Source of the DNA: Sedimentisphaerales bacterium
Lineage (GTDB): Bacteria > Planctomycetota > Phycisphaerae > Sedimentisphaerales > Anaerobacaceae
NCBI GenBank assembly: GCA_040772485.1
Contig: JAXGYC010000009.1
Span: 32,001-96,000, forward strand
Length of the DNA: 64,000 nt
Reading direction: 5' to 3'
Under the pieces are notes generated by a model. That model was given only the letters and a program-made list of their open reading frames with translations. It made no database searches and had not been told where the DNA came from. Shown in pieces: positions 9,200-18,600 of this stretch; positions within the stretch are counted from its first letter, which is position 1; each line of letters starts with the position of its first letter. A program made the position numbers and the translations under genes.

Positions 9200-10889
9200 A
9201 GCCGATCTTCGGCGTCGCCTGGAGCAGCTTGCGGGGATGCAGCCTTCGGTTCAGGCGACCCGCCGGACTCTGGACCGCGTCCGAGAGACATTGACGGAAT
9301 CGCAGAACCGACCGAACGCTCGCGCTGCGGGCTTATGGAGAACCATCATGAGAAGCAGAATGACGAAACCCGCCATTGCGGCAGCGATCGCCGTCGCCGT
9401 CCTGGTCGGGATCAATCTGACGGGACGGTCCGGCGTAGCCTTTGCCGACATCGTCAAGCCTTTCCTGGCCGCCCGGACCGCCACCTTCAAGATGACCATG
9501 GAGGTCCAGGGCGCTCCGCCCCAGACCTTCGAGTGCATGTACGCCGAGCCGATTCGCATGCGGCAGGCCAACGATGGACAAGGCGTCGTCGTGGTCAGTG
9601 ACCTGCTTGCCGGCAGGATCGTCACCCTCAATGCTGCGCAGAAGCACGCCGTGGTGATGGAGATCACCAACATCCCGGACGACCCGAATCAGAACCAGTT
9701 CAACATGTTCGGAGAAATCCGACGGCACATCCAGGAAGCGCGGGAGGCCCCCGACGATTCGGTGACGTTTCTGGGCGAGCAGCAGATCGACGGGCGGACC
9801 GCTGTAGGATACCACGTTCGGACGCCGGGGGCAGAGCTGACGGTCTGGGCCGATCGGCAGACGCAACTGCCGGTGTCGATCCAGAGGGTCGCCGGACCGA
9901 CCACTTTTACGATGACGAACATCGTCTTCGATGTCGATCTCGACGAATCACTCTTCGACCTGACCATCCCGGACGGCTACGAGGTTGCGACTCTGCATGC
10001 GGATGCCACCGAGCCGATGGAAGGGGATCTTCTCCAGACATTCCGCCTCTGGGCCGAACACACCGAAGGCAGCTTGCCTCCCAGTGTAGACATGAACGCG
10101 CCGACGGCGTTCGTGATGGCCCAGCAGACGAAACTGAAGCAGGATGGGCAGGAACCCTCCAAAGAACGCATGCTCCAGTTGCAGCAGACCATTATGGATA
10201 TGGGGCGTGGGATCACGTTCGTCGAGAAACTGCCGGCCGAGAGCGACTGGCACTACGCCGGTAAGGGAGTGACGTTCGGCGATGCCGCGACGCCGATCTT
10301 CTGGTATCGCCCGGAAGGCTCGGGAATGTATCGTGTCATCTATGCTGACATGAACGTCCGTGAAGTGCCTGCGAGCGAACTGCCGAAGGCGCCCGACAGC
10401 CAACCGGTGTCGAACAAGGCCGATACCCCCGATGGCGAGGCGCTGGTGGACAAAGCGGTCGCCATGGGCGCGGACATTCCGCCCGAGAACCGCAGTCTTG
10501 TGGCGCGGATGCTGAGTCTGGGCGAAAAGGATCTGATTGGTGGTCTGAAGACGTTCGCCGAGCTTTCCGGCGGACGCTATCCCCGCAAGCTGGATGCCAA
10601 ATCCACCATCAAAGAGGCCGACGGTCTCGGCGCCGACGTGCTCGCCGGGGTGTCCGACGAGGCGAAGAAGCAGAAAGTCCAGGACATTTTCGTCGCGACC
10701 GCCTATTACGACAAACTGGTCCGCGAGAAGAAGGATGTGGCCTACCATGGCGACACCGTCTCCGCAACGGACGCCGGAAAGGTCCTGATCCGCTGGAAGA
10801 CCGAACGCGACAAGTACCGCGTGGTCTTTGGCGACCTGACCGCCAAGGACGTGACCGCCGATGAACTGAAGAAGCTGGAAGGAAGATAG
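9192..10889 (+). CDS. Putative anti-sigma/sensor: TM + LolA-like domain + duplicated C-terminal domain (pair 3)
   Basis: Overlaps ECF stop; TM AAAIAVAVLVG; LGEQQIDGR, IVFDVDLDESLFDLTIPDGY; two repeats ending YRVIYAD and YRVVFGD. Confidence 0.7.
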   Translation: MNEADLRRRLEQLAGMQPSVQATRRTLDRVRETLTESQNRPNARAAGLWRTIMRSRMTKPAIAAAIAVAVLVGINLTGRSGVAFADIVKPFLAARTATFKMTMEVQGAPPQTFECMYAEPIRMRQANDGQGVVVVSDLLAGRIVTLNAAQKHAVVMEITNIPDDPNQNQFNMFGEIRRHIQEAREAPDDSVTFLGEQQIDGRTAVGYHVRTPGAELTVWADRQTQLPVSIQRVAGPTTFTMTNIVFDVDLDESLFDLTIPDGYEVATLHADATEPMEGDLLQTFRLWAEHTEGSLPPSVDMNAPTAFVMAQQTKLKQDGQEPSKERMLQLQQTIMDMGRGITFVEKLPAESDWHYAGKGVTFGDAATPIFWYRPEGSGMYRVIYADMNVREVPASELPKAPDSQPVSNKADTPDGEALVDKAVAMGADIPPENRSLVARMLSLGEKDLIGGLKTFAELSGGRYPRKLDAKSTIKEADGLGADVLAGVSDEAKKQKVQDIFVATAYYDKLVREKKDVAYHGDTVSATDAGKVLIRWKTERDKYRVVFGDLTAKDVTADELKKLEGR

Positions 10890-10925
10890 ACCGCCAGTCT
10901 GGAGTGCGTCATCCACCGGATGTGA

Positions 10926-10967
10926 CGAGGGCCGGGGTCTTTGGAATGATCCCGGCCCTCGGTGTTT
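10926..10967 (+). terminator. Probable intrinsic terminator hairpin
   Basis: cgagggccggg/cccggccctcg stem followed by a weak T-rich tail (gtgttt). Confidence 0.45.
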
Positions 10968-11093
10968 GGCGGAATATCGAGAGCGGACTGTACGGCAAGA
11001 ATGTGACAAGCGCCTCTGTTCAGAGAATCCTGCCCCCGCTAAGATGATGCCTTCGATGCAGATGTGCTGGTGGTCTATGTGCAGGGTGCGAAG

Positions 11094-12260
11094 ATGAGCG
11101 ACACGAGGCACTTGTACTTTGCTGACAACCTCAAGATCGCGCTGACAATTCTGGTGATCGCCCACCACGTCGGCCAGGCCTATGGACCGACGGGCGGCTC
11201 CTGGCCTATCCAGGAGGAGGCCCGTGCGGCGGTGCTGGGGCCGTTCTTCACGGTCAACCGCTCGTTCTTCATGAGTCTGTTCTTCATGATATCGGGCTAC
11301 CTGATGGTGATGTCTTACGACCGGCACGGGTTCGGGCGATTCGTGAAGGGCCGCGTTCTGCGGCTGGGCGTGCCGCTGCTGTTCTTCTTCGTTGTGCTGA
11401 TTCCCGTGCAGCAGTATCTCTGCCATCTTGCGTCCGGGCACTTCTCCTCTTCGGCGTTGTCGTTCCGCGAATACTACCGCAGCATCTATTTCGGCAGCGG
11501 CGCCAAGCCGGAGTACTGGACAGGACCCATGTGGCCCGAGGCCAATTTCGGCCATCTCTGGTACGTCGAACACCTGCTGATCGCCGGCCTGTGCTATGCC
11601 CTGTTGCGTCTGGCGTGGAAGCGCCCGCCGCAGACGGGACCCATCGAGCCGAGGCCGCTGCCTTATTGGGCGGTTGTGGTCTTTGCCCTGGCGCTGGCTG
11701 TCGCGTCGGGCATCGTTCGGATCTGGTATCCCATCGACCGGTGGATCGGCTTCCTCGGTTTCATTCAGGTCGCCTTTGCCGACGTGCCTCGCGACCTGAG
11801 CTTCTTCGCCCTCGGTGCGATCGCGTACCGGCGCGGGTGGTTCCTTGGACTTCCCGCTCGCACGGGATACGTGTGGTTGACGGTTGGCCTGACGGCCGCT
11901 GCGCTATGGTACGCCTACGCCCTGGGGATCCGGCCCGTGTTTCGCATCAGCCGGGACGCCATGGGGATCATCTACCCGATCTGGGAAGCCTTTCTGTGTT
12001 GCGGCATGTGTATCGGCCTGCTCGTCCTGTTCCGCGAACGCCTCGATTTTCAGGGGCGCTGGAGCAGGGCGATGGCCCAGAGTCAATACGCGGCCTATCT
12101 GTTCCACGTCGCGGTGGTGGTCCTGGTCCAGTTCGCTATCGCGGGCGCGCCCCTGTCGCCCTTCGTCAAGTTCGTCGGGGTGACGGCCGTCAGCGTTCCG
12201 CTGACATTCCTGCTGGCCCACGGCCTGCGGCAGTCCGCCCTCCTGCGGCGCATCATCTGA
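11094..12260 (+). CDS. Acyltransferase family 3 (OpgC/MdoC-like) membrane protein
   Basis: DNLKIALTILVIAHH, FFMSLFFMISGY, GHLWY; many TM helices. Confidence 0.85.
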   Translation: MSDTRHLYFADNLKIALTILVIAHHVGQAYGPTGGSWPIQEEARAAVLGPFFTVNRSFFMSLFFMISGYLMVMSYDRHGFGRFVKGRVLRLGVPLLFFFVVLIPVQQYLCHLASGHFSSSALSFREYYRSIYFGSGAKPEYWTGPMWPEANFGHLWYVEHLLIAGLCYALLRLAWKRPPQTGPIEPRPLPYWAVVVFALALAVASGIVRIWYPIDRWIGFLGFIQVAFADVPRDLSFFALGAIAYRRGWFLGLPARTGYVWLTVGLTAAALWYAYALGIRPVFRISRDAMGIIYPIWEAFLCCGMCIGLLVLFRERLDFQGRWSRAMAQSQYAAYLFHVAVVVLVQFAIAGAPLSPFVKFVGVTAVSVPLTFLLAHGLRQSALLRRII

Positions 12261-12293
12261 ATTGCAACTGCGCAGGGTTGCTCCGAGCTGGAT

Positions 12294-12488
12294 CTACAGC
12301 TTCCAGGCTTTGGCGAAGGCCTTGAAGCTGCGGTCGTAGGTGCGCTCGACGTCGTTGGGGAAGCAGCAGGCCGGCAGTTGCTTCGAGGCGAGATGATAGC
12401 TCAGGCACTGGCAGCAGATGCCCTTGTTGTCACAGCCGGGATAGGAGCAGTTGCAGTTCTTGAGATTCCTGTCCTTCTTGCATTCCAT
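12294..12488 (-). CDS. Small Cys-rich protein (DUF6485-like)
   Basis: CNCSYPGCDNKGICCQCLSYH...LPACCF...ERTYDRS pattern; AGGAG upstream. Confidence 0.7.
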   Translation of the reverse strand: MECKKDRNLKNCNCSYPGCDNKGICCQCLSYHLASKQLPACCFPNDVERTYDRSFKAFAKAWKL

Positions 12489-12502
12489 AATGCCGGTCTC
12501 TC

Positions 12503-12748
12503 CTACTTCCGTTTGCCCCTGGCGAACGGATCGCTCATGATCTTGTAGACTTCGGCCCCACATTCGAGGCACTTCCACGGTCGCGGCCGCCGGGCGTCGC
12601 GAATCCAGAAGAACACCCAGAAGCCGGTCAGCAGGGTCCCGATCAGATAGGGCCCGTGACGAAACCTTTGTCGTCCGACAGGCACCTGTTTGAGACATCT
12701 GCCGCAATAGCCGCTGGCCTCCTCGAATCGACTGAAGCGCGACCCCAT
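12503..12748 (-). CDS. Small split zinc-ribbon membrane protein (LITAF-like)
   Basis: CGRC - hydrophobic stretch - WKCLECG; AGGAG RBS. Confidence 0.6.
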   Translation of the reverse strand: MGSRFSRFEEASGYCGRCLKQVPVGRQRFRHGPYLIGTLLTGFWVFFWIRDARRPRPWKCLECGAEVYKIMSDPFARGKRK

Positions 12749-12763
12749 GACGGATCTCCTGTC

Positions 12764-15700
12764 TCAGCGGACCTCCAATTCATACAGTCGGACGCTGTAA
12801 GCCGGGCAGTCCAGTGTGTCGGACAGGCCGGAGACCGAATCTTCTGTGATCTTCACCGTCGGCGCCTGGCCCGGCTCATTGTAGGCCATCGGGTCATCGT
12901 GGGCAATCGTCCAGCAACGTCCTCGGCCGGTCAATGCAGTTCCTTCCAGCGTCAGCGTCACATCATACGCCGCCTCGGTAGGGTTCACGATGCCGATGGT
13001 GATCGCCTTCTTATCGGCGGTCCATGCCGCGGCCACGTCGAGCCCGTGCAGCTTGCCGCTCACCGCGACCGGCACCGTCCCGAAGTGATTGCGGTAGAGC
13101 TTCAGGACCAGGCCGGTGGTTTCGAGCGCCGCGGCCGTCTCGGTCGTCTTGATCGCGCCGATCACGTTGACCGTCTGGGCGTAGTTGGCCATGAAGTACA
13201 GGTCGCTGTTTCGCGCCATCTCGTGCAGGCCGGCGGCGATGCCCAGGGCATCCTTCATGAAGTACCGCGTGCCCAGCTCGCCAAAGACGTGCGGGCCGTA
13301 CCAGTAGTTCCATTCGTCCAGCGCGATGCGAATGTCTTTGCCCGCCAGCGAATCAAGCTGCTCCCGGTACCGGCGATGCGCGTCGGCGATGCTCCGAACG
13401 GCGTCAGGGATCTGCTGAACGTGGTCGGCGATGGGCTCGCGCTCCTGCCGATAGAAGTGCTCGCTGATCAGATCCATGGTCTCGGCGCAGTTCTCGAGCA
13501 TGCCCCGCGACCAGCTTCCGACGGCGCCGACGCCGATCAGCTTGATGTCGGGATCCACGGCGCGCATCGCCCTGGCGAACAGATTGTGCTTGATCACGTA
13601 CTGCTCCAGCGCCATGTGGCCAAGCTGCCAGGAGCCGTACATCTCATTGCCTACGCACCACCACGTGACGTCATAGGGCTCGCGATGACCGTTGTCGGCC
13701 CGCCAGCGACCCATCGGCGTCTCGGCGGAGCCGTTGGCGTATTCCACCTCCTGGGCGGCACAGAAGTCGTCGCCGAAACCCGCATTGACCGCGATCATCG
13801 GCTCGGCGTCGATCTCCCTGCAGAATCGCAGAAACTCGTCGAGTCCGAAGTCGTTGTGTTCGATGCCCTGCCAGGCCGGGTTCTTGCGGGGCGGCCGCTT
13901 GTCGCGCAGGCCGACGCCGTCGCGCCAGTTGTAGCCGCTGACGAAATTCCCGCCGGGCCAGCGATAGACCGGCGCGTTCAGCTCCTTGAGCAGCTTGAGC
14001 GTGTCGGCTCGCATTCCGTCGATGTTGTCGGCCGGCATCAGCGAGACCGTTCCGATGAACGCAGCGCCGTGCGTGACGCGGATCTCCAGTGCCGCTTCGT
14101 CGGTCGAGGCAGCCGGCGTGAACCGCAGCGGACACTGCATGTATTGCTCTGCGTTGACGGTGAAGAAATTCGTCTCGCGCTGCCCGCGACCGTCACCCCA
14201 GACGAGAGAGACCTCGACGTTCACGCCGGAGGCCGACTGCGGCTTGATCCAGATGTAGCCGTCGTACGCCTTGCCCTTGACGACCCCCAAGTGACGCTGC
14301 CGTATCCCGGAAGCAGTGTGAATGATCGGCGTGTGCTCACCCACGAACGGATCGGTGCGGTCCATCACGAGGCCGCTGGTCGATCCGGTCGTTTCCCACG
14401 CTGATGGCCGGTGGCCGACCGGGTAGAAGAACTTGCGGTCTTCGAGCATCTCAGCCCAGATGCCGCCGTAGATGCAACGGCCCAGGTGCTCGATGAACTG
14501 GCCGTACACGTACTTGGAGATCGTCTCGCCTTGGGCGTTGGCGTCGATCGCCACCACGGGCTTGATGCTCTCCTTGATCCGGAACGCGCGGCCGTCCCTT
14601 GGGCGGACCAGGAGCGGGAAGCTCGCCTCGTCCCACGTCACCTTCATCTTGGACAGATACCAGCTCGCGCCCTTGTCGTTGTTGCCCTGGAAGAACAGAT
14701 ACGTCTGTCCATCGTCGTCCTGAAAGACGCCCGGATGGCCCGACTCGCTGGCGTTCCACTCATCGGCGCCGCCGTTGGGCAGCAGCGGATACCGTGACAG
14801 GCGCGTCCAGGAAACCCCGTCGGTGCTCACGGCGCAACCGATCTGCTGCGGCGAGTTGTTGTAGGCGCCCGCGTAGAACATGTAGAGCTTGCCGTCGCGT
14901 TCGATCACGGAAGGCGCTTCGATGCACTGGCCTTCCCAGGGCAGTTGCGGTTCGAGGATCGATGTGTCGCAGAGCTGCGTCCACTTGTCGCGGCCCCAGT
15001 CCGAGTCGATGGGCGCGGCGGTGACGACAAGCTTCTGGACCTTCATCGCCGGATCGCGCGTGGCACAGTAGAGCAGCAGGCAGCCCTTCCACTCGATCGC
15101 GTCGGCGTCGATCGCCCGGCCGCAGTTCCAGTCGCCTTCGGGACGGAAGATCGGATTGCTCGCGTTTCGCGTGAAGTGGAGCCCATCGTCGGAAACGGCG
15201 TGGCAGATCGCATCGTCGCGTCCGTTGCCGTAGGTCTGATAGAACAGGTGCACCTTGCCGTCGCGGACCATCGCGCCGGGCGCCGCCAGGCCGTTCCGCT
15301 CGTATTCGGCCCCGGGCAGGACCTCGCCGACCTTCTTCCAGTTCGTCAGGTCGTCGCTCTCTGCGATACCGACGGCGATGCCGTCCTTGCCCCGGTCGAT
15401 CGAGTAGTACATCAGGTAGCGGTTGTTGAATCGCACCACATCGGGGTCCTTGGCGAACGGACGCTCATAGGAATCGTCGGTGTAGTACATCTGGGGCCGG
15501 CCCGGCGAATCGGTCGCTTCGCCCAGGCGTTCTAGCCGGATGTCGTCGAACCAGGCCTTGCCGGTCGACTGGCCCCAGCCACCGAAGAGGCAGTTGATTC
15601 CGATCCTCGAACGCGGACCCGTATCGAATTCGGTTTCGACCTTCGTCCAGTCGGCGGTTCCGGTCACCGCCTGTGTCTGAACGCCCTGAATATCATGCAC

Positions 15701-17938
15701 GTTCAGCAGGGCGCCGCGGCCCGTCCCCGCGTCGAGGTTCTCTGTCCGGATCCAGCCGCTCAGACGATAGCGCGAGAAGGGTCGCACGCGCGTCATCGCG
15801 AACCACCCGGCGTCGGCGCCGGTGGCGGACTCGATCATCGCGCATCGTTCGTCCGTTCGTCCGCGTTGGGCATGACGGAACCGCCCCTGACCTCCGTAGG
15901 TGCGCTGTTCCCAGCTTACCGGGAGCGTCCCGTCCGAGCGCTCGAACGAGGCGTTGCGCAGCAGGTCCTCGGGCAATGTCGGCTCGGCGGCCTCCTCCGT
16001 TCGCGCGAGCCAGACGGCCATCTCGCCCGGTCCGCGATGGGCCCATGCGTAGTACGGAATCGCCACGATGTCCCGCTCGCTGTGCAGCAGGGTTTGTCCG
16101 TCGCTGGCGTACCGCAGGCCCTTGGCCTTGCCCCGGACGACGGTGACGCCGCCCAGCAGGTCGTCGCGATACGTCGCCATCAGCGAGGCGTCGTCGTTCA
16201 GCACGAGGTTGAAGACCCCGCCCTCGTTGTCGGGCCATTCGAGGCAGTAGACGAGCGGTCCTCTCTCCAGCGCGACTCGTCCGACGTTGGCAGCCACCTT
16301 CTCATTGGTGATGACCCGGCGGATCGGCATGGGCAGGTTCAGTTCGACAACGTCGCCGGTTTTCCATTCGCGTTCGAGCCGGACATAGCCCTTGTGGATA
16401 TCGATATCCTGCCGCTTGCCGTCGACCGCCAATTCCACGCTCGGCACGCCCGGGAGCCGGTACTCGTACAAGTCGCTCGGCACCGGTTGGCCCTGGGCCC
16501 AGCCGGGAATGCGAACGTAGACCGCGAATCGGCCGGCCGGTTCGGGGCTGATCGTCAGCTTGATCCTTCCGCTCCAGGGATAGTCGGTCTCCTGCAACAC
16601 GTACACAGTCCGATCGCCCAGTTTGATCGTCGCCGGGCCCTGGGCGAAGAGGTTCACGTACAGCTCGTCGTCGGTCTGGGCGTAGACGTAGCCCGGCACC
16701 GAGGCGATGAAGCGGGCGACGTTGCCGGGGCAGCAGGCGCAGCCGAACCACGGACTTCGCTCGTGCTGGCCGTGCGAGGCCAGGGGATTCGGGTAGAAGA
16801 ACCGATTTCCTTCGAGCGAAACGCCCGAGATCACGCCGTTGTAGAGGGTCCGCTCCATCACGTCGATGTACCTGGCGTCGCCGTGGAACAGGAACATACG
16901 ATGGTTCCAGTACACGTTTCCGATGGCCGCGCAGGTTTCGCAGTAGGCCGTCTCGTTGGGCAGCTCGTACGGCCCGCCGAACGCCTCGCCGTGCCCGGTC
17001 GCCCCGATCCCTCCGGTCAGGTACAGCTTCTTCGAGACCACGTCGGCCCAGATGCGGTCGATCGCCTGGAGATAGCGCTCGTCGCCCGTCATCGCCGCGA
17101 CGTCGGCCATTCCGCTATACATATAGGCGGCGCGAACCGCGTGGCCCATCGCCTCGCTCTGCTCGTAGGGCTTCTGGTGCGACTGGTTGTACGGATCGCC
17201 TCCCGGGCCTCGCGTGTCCAGGAAGAACTTCGCCAGGTCCAGGTATTTCTCGTCGCCGGTGATGCGGTAGAGCTTGACCAGGCCCATCTCGATCACCTGA
17301 TGGCCCGGCGCGCTGGCGTTCTTGCCGGGACCAAAGACGGAATCGAGCAGTTCGGCGTTCTTTAGCGCGACGCCGAGCAGGTTCCGCTTGCCCGTCGCCT
17401 GGTAGTGGGCGGCGGCGGCCTCGTAGAGATGGCCCATGTTGTAGAGTTCGTGACTGCCGGCCAGCTTCTCCCACCGCTCGTCGCCGAACCAGTTTCGCAG
17501 CCGCTCGCAGTTGTTGGTCCGGCAGGTGTAGAGATAGCCGTCCTGCTCCTGGGCGGCCGCGATCTTGGCGATCAGATCGTCGACGTACGCGTCCAGCTTC
17601 GGATCAGGCCGGACGTTCAGAACATACGCGGCGCCTTCGAGGATCTTGTAGGGGTCGGTGTCGTCGAAGGGGAAGTCGCCTTTGTGCTCGCCCTCGATCT
17701 TTCCGGCGGCCAGCAGGAAGTTGTCGATCCGGCCGGTCTGCTCGCACTGTCCGAACGCATAGGGAATGGTCACAGCCCGATTCGTCTCGATCCGCGGAGC
17801 CCAGAAGTCGTCGGCGATCTTCACCTCGGTGAACGGCACAGGGCGAATCGGATAGTCCCGACCTGCGACCTGACCACAGACCAGACCGGATAAGAACGTG
17901 CCCGCGAAGGCGATCAGTGCAATCTGCCGAGATTTCAT
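12764..17938 (-). CDS. Multi-catalytic glycoside hydrolase: GH127 + CBM-like + five-bladed propeller (GH43-like) + GH51
   Basis: GH127 HELYN, GHAVRA, YCETCA, CACCP; LLRNASFE CBM start; AKDPDVV/IEAP propeller; GH51 GQFIEH, RWPGGNF, GNE, DEWN. Confidence 0.9.
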   Translation of the reverse strand: MKSRQIALIAFAGTFLSGLVCGQVAGRDYPIRPVPFTEVKIADDFWAPRIETNRAVTIPYAFGQCEQTGRIDNFLLAAGKIEGEHKGDFPFDDTDPYKILEGAAYVLNVRPDPKLDAYVDDLIAKIAAAQEQDGYLYTCRTNNCERLRNWFGDERWEKLAGSHELYNMGHLYEAAAAHYQATGKRNLLGVALKNAELLDSVFGPGKNASAPGHQVIEMGLVKLYRITGDEKYLDLAKFFLDTRGPGGDPYNQSHQKPYEQSEAMGHAVRAAYMYSGMADVAAMTGDERYLQAIDRIWADVVSKKLYLTGGIGATGHGEAFGGPYELPNETAYCETCAAIGNVYWNHRMFLFHGDARYIDVMERTLYNGVISGVSLEGNRFFYPNPLASHGQHERSPWFGCACCPGNVARFIASVPGYVYAQTDDELYVNLFAQGPATIKLGDRTVYVLQETDYPWSGRIKLTISPEPAGRFAVYVRIPGWAQGQPVPSDLYEYRLPGVPSVELAVDGKRQDIDIHKGYVRLEREWKTGDVVELNLPMPIRRVITNEKVAANVGRVALERGPLVYCLEWPDNEGGVFNLVLNDDASLMATYRDDLLGGVTVVRGKAKGLRYASDGQTLLHSERDIVAIPYYAWAHRGPGEMAVWLARTEEAAEPTLPEDLLRNASFERSDGTLPVSWEQRTYGGQGRFRHAQRGRTDERCAMIESATGADAGWFAMTRVRPFSRYRLSGWIRTENLDAGTGRGALLNVHDIQGVQTQAVTGTADWTKVETEFDTGPRSRIGINCLFGGWGQSTGKAWFDDIRLERLGEATDSPGRPQMYYTDDSYERPFAKDPDVVRFNNRYLMYYSIDRGKDGIAVGIAESDDLTNWKKVGEVLPGAEYERNGLAAPGAMVRDGKVHLFYQTYGNGRDDAICHAVSDDGLHFTRNASNPIFRPEGDWNCGRAIDADAIEWKGCLLLYCATRDPAMKVQKLVVTAAPIDSDWGRDKWTQLCDTSILEPQLPWEGQCIEAPSVIERDGKLYMFYAGAYNNSPQQIGCAVSTDGVSWTRLSRYPLLPNGGADEWNASESGHPGVFQDDDGQTYLFFQGNNDKGASWYLSKMKVTWDEASFPLLVRPRDGRAFRIKESIKPVVAIDANAQGETISKYVYGQFIEHLGRCIYGGIWAEMLEDRKFFYPVGHRPSAWETTGSTSGLVMDRTDPFVGEHTPIIHTASGIRQRHLGVVKGKAYDGYIWIKPQSASGVNVEVSLVWGDGRGQRETNFFTVNAEQYMQCPLRFTPAASTDEAALEIRVTHGAAFIGTVSLMPADNIDGMRADTLKLLKELNAPVYRWPGGNFVSGYNWRDGVGLRDKRPPRKNPAWQGIEHNDFGLDEFLRFCREIDAEPMIAVNAGFGDDFCAAQEVEYANGSAETPMGRWRADNGHREPYDVTWWCVGNEMYGSWQLGHMALEQYVIKHNLFARAMRAVDPDIKLIGVGAVGSWSRGMLENCAETMDLISEHFYRQEREPIADHVQQIPDAVRSIADAHRRYREQLDSLAGKDIRIALDEWNYWYGPHVFGELGTRYFMKDALGIAAGLHEMARNSDLYFMANYAQTVNVIGAIKTTETAAALETTGLVLKLYRNHFGTVPVAVSGKLHGLDVAAAWTADKKAITIGIVNPTEAAYDVTLTLEGTALTGRGRCWTIAHDDPMAYNEPGQAPTVKITEDSVSGLSDTLDCPAYSVRLYELEVR

Positions 17939-18050
17939 CACGTCTCCTTTCAACGATTCGTTTCAGAGCGATAGAGGCACAGGGCCTCATTTTACGACAA
18001 ATGCCGACCAATGCAATCCTTTGTCAGGGTGTCGGCTGACTGAGAATCGA

Positions 18051-18078
18051 GCAGGGGCGAATGATTATTCGCCCCGAC
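18051..18078. repeat. GGGCGAATNATNATTCGCCC REP palindrome
   Basis: gcaggggcgaatgattattcgccccgac. Confidence 0.8.
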
Positions 18079-18169
18079 GGGTTGCCGTCTTGACGAACCG
18101 GCGGTATGACCGGACAATCTCTCTTGTCCGCCGTATGCCGTAGTCCGGCGCCAGCAAAGGAGAGATTCG

Positions 18170-18523
18170 ATGAGGATGGTTTCACGAAGGAGGTTATTGC
18201 CTGTCTCGTTGGCCGTTGGCCTGGTCCTGTGGCTCTTGCTGTCCGGCTGTCACGGCCTGCAAAAGGCCACGCGGACCGGCCGGCCCTGTCCGGTCTGCAA
18301 GAGACAGACCCGGGCTTTGCCGGTTGCGAGACTGACGTATACGACTTGCGTGTGTCCCGTGTGCAGGAACGTGACCACCCTGAACGCCTCGACACGAACC
18401 GCTGTGGAGACCTATACCGGGGCGGCCCTCGGCGACACCGTGGAAGTCTGTGGCTACTGCCAGATCATCGCCGAGCGCTGCGCCGCCTGCCGCAAATCAC
18501 CGGCCAAGCCGGCGGGTCCCTGA
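18170..18523 (+). CDS. Cys-rich putative lipoprotein
   Basis: AAGGAG RBS; lipobox LLSGC; CPVC, CVCPVC, CGYC, CAAC. Confidence 0.6.
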   Translation: MRMVSRRRLLPVSLAVGLVLWLLLSGCHGLQKATRTGRPCPVCKRQTRALPVARLTYTTCVCPVCRNVTTLNASTRTAVETYTGAALGDTVEVCGYCQIIAERCAACRKSPAKPAGP

Positions 18524-18600
18524 CGTCCTTTTGGTCCCAAGCGACCTGAGCGACGGCAAGGACCGAACTGACGATAGTCTTCTGGCGGAGCAATTCTCGA

